Shown here in pieces: positions 58,501 to 64,000 of a stretch of 64,000 bases of DNA (positions within the stretch are counted from its first letter, which is position 1; every line of letters begins with the position of its first letter). The notes beneath the pieces are model-generated. The model was not told the DNA's origin. It worked only from the letters and a program-made list of their open reading frames with translations, and searched no databases. Where the stretch lies: assembly GCA_963668315.1 (NCBI GenBank), contig OY764216.1, positions 1,952,001 to 2,016,000 of the forward strand. The letters are read 5' to 3'. The stretch is from Spirochaetia bacterium. Its GTDB lineage: Bacteria; Spirochaetota; Spirochaetia; DSM-2461. The position numbers were made by a program, and so were the translations under genes.

Positions 58501-61342
58501 GTGGCAGAACAGAAATCCGGAGAACATCGAGCTGGTCACCGATCGGGATATGTACCGTCCCGGCGACACGGCCCGTATCATGGTGCAGTCCCCCCTGGAG
58601 AAGGGGCGCTACCTTCTGGCCATCGAGCGGGAGGGGATTCTGGAAGAGCGGATTCTCGATCTGGAAGGCTCCGCCTCGGTCATCGACATTCCCGTCAAGG
58701 AGGAGTGGTGCCCCGTCATGTACGTCTCTCTGACCAGTTTCACCGCCCGTACCGAAGCTCCCCCCGCCGTTTACGGCGAGCCGGATCTGGGAAAGCCGAG
58801 GGGCTGTTTCGGCCTGGCCGTTCTGCCCGTCTCCACCGATATCAAAGCGCTGGACGTGGACGTTACCCTGGATAAGGGGCTTTACGGCCCGGGAGATAAA
58901 GCCGAAGCGGTGGTCACCGTAAGGAACGGGGGCAGACCGGTGGAAAATGCCGAAGTGACCCTACTGGCCGTGGACCGGGGCGTTCTGGATCTGATCAATT
59001 ACCACGTGCCCGATCCGGTGGCCTACTTTTACGACCGGGACAATTATACCTACGGCGTTCACGGGGGTGATTCCCGGGCGCTGCTGATCGATCCGGTTAC
59101 CTACGAAAGGGAGGACCTGTACGGAGGCGACGGGGATGAGCCGGACAAGATGGGCCGGCGCAGGGACTTCTCGCCCCTGGCCGTCTTCGAGCCGGGACTG
59201 ATTACCGATGAGAAGGGACAGGTCCGGGCCGAATTCACTCTGCCCGATTCACTCACCACCTACCGCATGACCGCCCTGGTTGTCGACGGGGACCGTTACG
59301 GCCGGACCGAAGAGGAGATAGCCGTGCAGAACCCCCTGACGGTGAAAACGGCCATTCCACCTCTTCTGAGGGTCAGGGATACGGCCTTCTGCGGGATCTT
59401 TGTAACAAATCTGACCGATGAAGCGGTTAAGGTGACGGCGGAAGTGGAAATTGACGAGTCTCTGGTCACTGTGAACGGCGTGAAAACCCGGGAAATATCG
59501 GTAAAACCGGGAGCGACCGAAGAGATACGCTTTCCCCTTCAGGCTCTGGCTGAAGGGAGTGTCACCGCGGCCTTCACCGTCCGTTCGTCCCTAATGAGCG
59601 AAGTGGTGGAGCAGACTTTTGCGGTGGACCAGCCCCTGGTGGATGAAGCTTTTACCGTCACAGGGGAAGTGGCGGTTGAGGACGGAACGGCCCGGGCCGG
59701 AGAAGGGCTGGTGATACCCTCGGATATCGCCGGGGGATACGGTTCCCTGAGGCTCTCCCTGGCGTCCTCCCGCTTTGCCAACCTGACCGGGACCTTCGAT
59801 TACTTCGCCGATTATCCCTATGACCTGACCCTGGACAACAAGCTGGTCAGGGTGATCCCCCGGCTCCTCCTGGGAGACCGGCTCAAGGAGATCCATCCCT
59901 CACTCTGGAAGGAAGACAGCCTTGAGAAATTCTACCGGGAAGCCGCCGCCTGCCAGGACAGCGACGGGGGCATCAAGTTTACTTCCGGCGTCCGGTCCCG
60001 TCCTTCGGTCTGGCTCTCTATCCGTCTGCTCCATTACCTCTCCCGGCCCGCCGCCCGGGGAGAGGATTTCGGGAATCTGAACCTGGAAAGTCTGGCCGGG
60101 TACGTCAGGGAGAAGTGTTATGACGAGGATGTCTCACTGTCCCTTCGTATGTACGGACATTACGCCCTTTCCCTTATTTACGGCCCGAAATGGGAGAGCA
60201 AGGGGGTTATCTATCTGGTGGAGAAGGAGAAGGATAATCTGGGGCTGACCGGATTTCTCATGGCCGCCATGTCCCTGGATCTTAACGATTCCAAGGGGCG
60301 TGAGACCTACCGGATGCTGGGAGAGAGAATCGCCAATCTGACGAAGGCGGGCACTCAGACCCTGGATATCATCGATACCTATGAGGGGCGTTCCTATTTC
60401 GACTCGCAGATACAGGACCTGGCCCTGCTTACCCGGTTCTATTCGCAGTTTGAGGATAAGCCGTCCCTGGCCCGCCTGGCAGCGGCGACCCTTGTCAGCC
60501 GCCAGAATTACGGCCGCTGGGAAAGGCTGAACGATACGATGTGGGCCTTTTCCGCTCTGGCCGACGATATTCTTGCTTCCCCCGGGGACGGGACCGATTT
60601 GAGCCTGGCCGTTACCGCCGGGGACGCCTCTCTCTTTGACGCGAGACTCACCGGTTTCTCCCTGGACACGGAGGAGTGGGAAGGCTCGCTCTTTGAGGCC
60701 CCTCTGGCGGATCTGCCGAGGGACACGCTGCAGTCCCTGGCCATTGAGGCCCGGGGAATGGGAACCGCCTATTACACGGCCCGTCTGAATTATGCCCTGC
60801 CCATGGAAGTCATCGGGCCAAGGGATGAAGGTCTTTCCCTCTATACGGTCATCGAAGATCTGGAGGGAAAAGAGATCAAGGCCGATGAATTGAAACTGGG
60901 CGAGACCTACCGGATGCGGGCGGTCCTTTCCAGCAGCAAGAGGCGGAATATGGTCGCCCTGAATATCCCCGTACCCTCCGGTACGGAGATTCTCAATGCC
61001 TCCTTCGATACCACCGGCTCCTACGCCGGTGGGGGGGGCATCGATTCGGAAGGCTGGAGCCGGGAGGACGAATACGGGGAGGAGACGACCTACGACTCCG
61101 AAGGGTACGGTTTTTTCCGGAGCGACGGATTTTACTACCACGCCTTTCCCGCGGAAAAACGGATAGGGAAAAACGGGGTATCCTACGGCTTCAGCGATTT
61201 CTATCCGGGGCGGCGGGAAGTGAGCTTCCTCTTCCGCACCTACTGTCCGGGCGTCTATCCCGTTCCCCCCGCCCGGGCGGAGTGTCTCTACGAGGAGGAA
61301 GTATTCGGCCGGTCCGGCGGGGGACTCTATGTTATCCGCTAG
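55508..61342 (+). CDS. Bacterial alpha-2-macroglobulin lipoprotein (YfhM-like) lacking the thioester motif
   Basis: Lipobox LLGC; DRGLYKPGETV, EEFR, LLAVD.GVL, RRDF, LPDSLTTYR, PPARAE..YEEEVFGRS; adjacent to pbpC. Confidence 0.9.
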   Translation: MNKWMIGIIVCFVLLGCSREESRLTGEAVDAYEQLSLSGPAPSWGEDDPFSLSVNYFSSAPGGRDGEGVYESDEPMEVADRGPEGALPEENGRPVIYAALTQPAVPLSRLGAVLTDYPYLEIDPPAEGVYRWYGSRLISFEPSEKLLSEQEYRVTVKKGLPSLGGKTLSRDVTFSFFTEPLGVTAFYPGTPGDPWQGDLEEIPPEAARRITVCFNHDIDPEVVTSYLKVSSRLGDHGYTASRPEGEDLPPSFINRTLVLTLDELPETGDRVILSLPEGSRSREGGTGLGEEISRSFTTLSPFRYVESDDYNWRFPREGDGDVHPVYLEFSHPVDPESVLDNLDVSLEVEDLAPHIMVWDKYVRLNSLPIEYDSTYEITLKEGLRDIYGRDLGGPRRLTVETGPAGSYYYLPHQGFRFLESRFDPRVVLEYQNLKGGKWKAERTDDPYRAIPEERVDWAFDLSAQERNRREFSMVDLKPYLNADGKGFVALAWLLEEQNRRWGPYQNNLVLQVTDLGVTMRYAYNKVIVWVNSLTDDSPAAGAEVRLCYDTRTVLTGETDGEGMAVFDLVEGQFVDSFYDSRGQSHFRADVTYASDRAVFVPNESHSPYQFGLWNLYSVNRVEEPRPFTFLFCDRGLYKPGETVTFKGIDRNLVLGRWEPYTGSYQLTVRENKWRSQSVVSSGGTAGERGSFHGSFTIPEDLPTGDYLMEYTRQSGSGSGYVIRSIPLKVEEFRRAGFQVGVEPPLAEALPGEKITFPVTASYLSGGALAGASYRADWTREPINFDPGEGDGKEDFDGYVFGPRGWENDSYLGSSEGYLDSSGQALLSRTLEKDNESGRTYIYRVEALVEDPSRQEIAGRGFTVVHPASWYIGSRVKNSRNSWWTRFVASGESSTADFILVTPEGKVLSNGTELSVTLVRKEWKVARQRSISGRISNNWELETVPVLEDKITMEGGKASWGFIPDRAGYYVLSARAVDDQGRTALTEMDLYASGSEWVKWQNRNPENIELVTDRDMYRPGDTARIMVQSPLEKGRYLLAIEREGILEERILDLEGSASVIDIPVKEEWCPVMYVSLTSFTARTEAPPAVYGEPDLGKPRGCFGLAVLPVSTDIKALDVDVTLDKGLYGPGDKAEAVVTVRNGGRPVENAEVTLLAVDRGVLDLINYHVPDPVAYFYDRDNYTYGVHGGDSRALLIDPVTYEREDLYGGDGDEPDKMGRRRDFSPLAVFEPGLITDEKGQVRAEFTLPDSLTTYRMTALVVDGDRYGRTEEEIAVQNPLTVKTAIPPLLRVRDTAFCGIFVTNLTDEAVKVTAEVEIDESLVTVNGVKTREISVKPGATEEIRFPLQALAEGSVTAAFTVRSSLMSEVVEQTFAVDQPLVDEAFTVTGEVAVEDGTARAGEGLVIPSDIAGGYGSLRLSLASSRFANLTGTFDYFADYPYDLTLDNKLVRVIPRLLLGDRLKEIHPSLWKEDSLEKFYREAAACQDSDGGIKFTSGVRSRPSVWLSIRLLHYLSRPAARGEDFGNLNLESLAGYVREKCYDEDVSLSLRMYGHYALSLIYGPKWESKGVIYLVEKEKDNLGLTGFLMAAMSLDLNDSKGRETYRMLGERIANLTKAGTQTLDIIDTYEGRSYFDSQIQDLALLTRFYSQFEDKPSLARLAAATLVSRQNYGRWERLNDTMWAFSALADDILASPGDGTDLSLAVTAGDASLFDARLTGFSLDTEEWEGSLFEAPLADLPRDTLQSLAIEARGMGTAYYTARLNYALPMEVIGPRDEGLSLYTVIEDLEGKEIKADELKLGETYRMRAVLSSSKRRNMVALNIPVPSGTEILNASFDTTGSYAGGGGIDSEGWSREDEYGEETTYDSEGYGFFRSDGFYYHAFPAEKRIGKNGVSYGFSDFYPGRREVSFLFRTYCPGVYPVPPARAECLYEEEVFGRSGGGLYVIR

Positions 61343-63602
61343 GATCCGTCCGCGTCTGGTGCATCTTCCCCTTCTTCCGGGGCTGGCCGGAGGGCTCCTC
61401 TGGCTGATCCTCCTGTTCCTCTGGAGTCCTGCCGACGGGGTGGAGGCTTTTGCCGGCCGGCGGTACAGCCCCTATGTCACCGACAGGAACGGCCGTCTTC
61501 TGCAGATCCTCCCCCTGGAGGAGGGACTGCGCCGGGAATATGTTCCCCTGGAGGAGCTTCCCGGCGAGCTTGTTCAGCTGCTGGTCCAGAGCGAGGACCG
61601 GCGCTTTCCCTATCACTTCGGCGTGGACCCGCTGGCCATGTTCCGGGCGGCCCTTCTCTTTGCCCGGGAGGGGGAGATCGTTTCAGGCGGCTCCACCATT
61701 ACCATGCAGCTGGCCCGGATCATCAATCCCCATGAGCCGACCGTGACGGGGAAACTCAAGGAGATGGTTCAGGCCGTCTGGCTGGAGTTCGCCTTTCCGA
61801 AAGAGCGCATTCTGGAGCTGTGGATCAACAATATTCCCTACGGAAGAAATACCGAAGGGGTGGTAAGCGCATCCCGGGAGTATTTCGGCCACGGACCGGT
61901 TTTTCTGACCCGGGGGGAGGCGGCCGTACTGGCGGTTCTTCCCCGGAGCCCGGTCTACTATAATCCGGCCCTGCTGGACAGGAGGAACGGCGAAGCCGAG
62001 AGGGGAAGTGCCCTGGCGGACAGGGTACTGGCCCTGCTCAGGGAGACAGACATGGCCGACGGGCTGACCCGGGAGGATCTTCTGGCCGATATCCGGGAGG
62101 GAAACCGCCGGGGCGCCAACTACGTCTTTCCCCGCCTCGTGCCCCATTTCATCGCCATGATCCGGCCGCAGATTACCGAAGAGGAGTGGCACCGGGGCGG
62201 CAGACTCATCACCTCCCTGGATCTGGACAGGCACGGCTGGATGGAAGATACCATCAACCGGCTGATCGATGACGCCCGGGAAAACCGCATCCATAACGGG
62301 GCCGCCCTGGTTCTGGATAACCGTACGGGGGAGATCCTCGCCTACGTGGGGTCCCAGGATTTCTCCGATACCAGCCAGGGGCAGATCGACGGCATACAGG
62401 CCTTCGGCCAGCCCGGATCGACCATGAAGCCCTTTCTTTACGCCCTGGCCCTGGACCGGGGAATGACCCCGGCCACGGTGCTTCCCGATATCCCGATGAT
62501 GTTCGGAAGCCGGGAAATCTACACCCCGGAGAATTTCAATAACCGCTTTAACGGCCCGGTCAGGCTGAGAACGGCCCTGGCGTCTTCCCTGAATATCCCT
62601 GCCGTCTACGTTCTCGAGAAGCTGGGGACGCCCCTTTTCATCGAGAAGCTGAAGGAGGCGGGCTTTTCCTCACTGGAAGGCCGGGAAGGGGAGCTGGGTA
62701 CGGGAGTGGCCCTGGGCGACGGGGATGTGACCCTGTGGGAGCTGACATCCGCTTTCGCTCTATTCCCCCGGGGAGGAGAGACGCTGACACCGCGCTGGCG
62801 CAAGGACGAAAGCTATCAGGAGGGGCGGCAGATTTACAGCGAAAGAAGCGCCGCCCTGATAAACGATATTCTGACCGACAGGACGGGGAGGGTGACCGGC
62901 TTCGGGCAGAGCAGCCGTCTCGATACGGATTTCCCCGCCATTTTCAAAACGGGGACTTCCAATCAGTTTAACGATATCTGGGCTCTGGGGGCCACCACCG
63001 ATTTAACCTGCGGGGTCTGGATGGGAAACTTTTCCGGCGAAACGGTCATTGGAAGGCCGGGAAGTTCCCTTCCCGCCGAGGGGGCCGCCGGTTTCCTGAG
63101 GGAATTTTCCGCCGGTCACGAGTTTCCGCCGCCCGAGGGGGTCAAACAGGTCAGGATCTGCACCCTTTCAGGCGAGGCGGCCGGTTTGTGGTGCCCGGGG
63201 ACCATGGAGGAGCTGATCCCCGAGGAAATATCCCTGGACACCTGCTCATTCCATGGGCCGGACGGGGAAATCCGCTGGCCCGATGAATACCGCTACTGGC
63301 GTGAGGGCAGCCGGTCATCCTACTCCTCCTCGGCTCTCCATGAACCGGAAGGGCGCCTCGTTCTTCTCCATCCGCCTTCGGGCAGTCAGTTTTATCTGGA
63401 TGAAAACCTTCCCGGAAACGCCCAGTCCGTCCGTATCGAAGCTTCGGCTCCCGAACCGATCACCCTCTATGTCGACGGCAGGCTTCTGGCCGAAAAAAGC
63501 CCTTCCCCCCTGCGGATCTCACGAAAACTGGAGAGGGGGACTCACCAAATTCTTCTGATCACCGATAAGGACAGGGCGGAAGGGAGTTATGACGTTAAAT
63601 AA
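61329..63602 (+). CDS. pbpC: Penicillin-binding protein 1C
   Basis: TG motifs EDRRF..HFGVD, GGSTITMQLAR; TP motifs STMK, SLN, KTG; C-terminal BiPBP_C; follows A2M. Confidence 0.92.
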   Translation: MLSARIRPRLVHLPLLPGLAGGLLWLILLFLWSPADGVEAFAGRRYSPYVTDRNGRLLQILPLEEGLRREYVPLEELPGELVQLLVQSEDRRFPYHFGVDPLAMFRAALLFAREGEIVSGGSTITMQLARIINPHEPTVTGKLKEMVQAVWLEFAFPKERILELWINNIPYGRNTEGVVSASREYFGHGPVFLTRGEAAVLAVLPRSPVYYNPALLDRRNGEAERGSALADRVLALLRETDMADGLTREDLLADIREGNRRGANYVFPRLVPHFIAMIRPQITEEEWHRGGRLITSLDLDRHGWMEDTINRLIDDARENRIHNGAALVLDNRTGEILAYVGSQDFSDTSQGQIDGIQAFGQPGSTMKPFLYALALDRGMTPATVLPDIPMMFGSREIYTPENFNNRFNGPVRLRTALASSLNIPAVYVLEKLGTPLFIEKLKEAGFSSLEGREGELGTGVALGDGDVTLWELTSAFALFPRGGETLTPRWRKDESYQEGRQIYSERSAALINDILTDRTGRVTGFGQSSRLDTDFPAIFKTGTSNQFNDIWALGATTDLTCGVWMGNFSGETVIGRPGSSLPAEGAAGFLREFSAGHEFPPPEGVKQVRICTLSGEAAGLWCPGTMEELIPEEISLDTCSFHGPDGEIRWPDEYRYWREGSRSSYSSSALHEPEGRLVLLHPPSGSQFYLDENLPGNAQSVRIEASAPEPITLYVDGRLLAEKSPSPLRISRKLERGTHQILLITDKDRAEGSYDVK

Positions 63603-63672
63603 GCCGTCTCAGAAGAGCGATCCCGCGGTCAGGGCGAAGAACGGGAACATCCGCCGAAGCCCGGTCTGAAGG

Positions 63673-64000
63673 CTATTCGCTTGCCAATGCTTCAACCGGA
63701 TCCAGTCCGGCGGCTCTGGCGGCGGGGTTGTAACCAAAGAAGACCCCGATGAACGCACTGAAGAGAAAACTGAATAGGACGGCGCCCCACTGGATGGAAA
63801 ATGCCCAGGCCATAACATAGGTCGTCACGGAGCTGATGACCACGCCCATGAGAATCCCCAATGTTCCGCCTATAATGGTAATGGTCGCCGCTTCTATCAG
63901 AAATTGCCGCTTAATCGCCGCGGGGGTCGCCCCCAGGGCCTTGCGGATACCGATCTCTTTCTGCCGTTCGGTGACGGTCACGATCATGATATTCATTATG
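63673..64000 (-). CDS. ABC transporter permease (MacB/FtsX-like), C-terminal part only
   Basis: [44 protein letters not shown]. Confidence 0.9.
   Translation of the reverse strand, partial: IMNIMIVTVTERQKEIGIRKALGATPAAIKRQFLIEAATITIIGGTLGILMGVVISSVTTYVMAWAFSIQWGAVLFSFLFSAFIGVFFGYNPAARAAGLDPVEALASE

Overview
A 64-kb chromosomal window from a bacterium, most likely a free-living spirochaete (Spirochaetaceae-like). This assignment is inferred from the tRNA-Arg(GCG)+Arg(TCG) set, the long thymidine kinase and several spirochaete-type hypothetical proteins. The content is mostly core and accessory housekeeping: SLT transglycosylase, uppP, a DHH phosphoesterase, tig-clpP-clpX-lon, two tRNA clusters (9 tRNAs) plus SRP RNA, luxS and mtnN, an osmotic-stress neighbourhood (BCCT transporter, two MscS channels, DUF432), two sigma54 activators, a MerR-controlled flavinylated extracellular reductase, SulP, a SNF2 helicase, an oversized GH13_18 phosphorylase, an AraC-controlled Gfo/Idh/MocA + TIM-barrel sugar cluster, an EAL protein, pepF, a WcaJ-like transferase and an alpha-2-macroglobulin/PBP1C pair. 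No CRISPR array, prophage, integrase or IS element was seen. Strongest leads: (1) a ~190-nt structured, possibly switching RNA leader upstream of thymidine kinase; (2) a BCCT transporter with no canonical in-frame start codon, coupled to a trypsin-fold protein lacking its catalytic Ser; (3) leaderless promoter architecture at 8 genes; (4) a MerR-type 19-bp-spacer promoter driving a probable urocanate reductase; (5) a thioester-less alpha-2-macroglobulin next to pbpC; (6) a eukaryote-type (type III-like) GGPP synthase. All calls come from manual motif reading; no searches were run.
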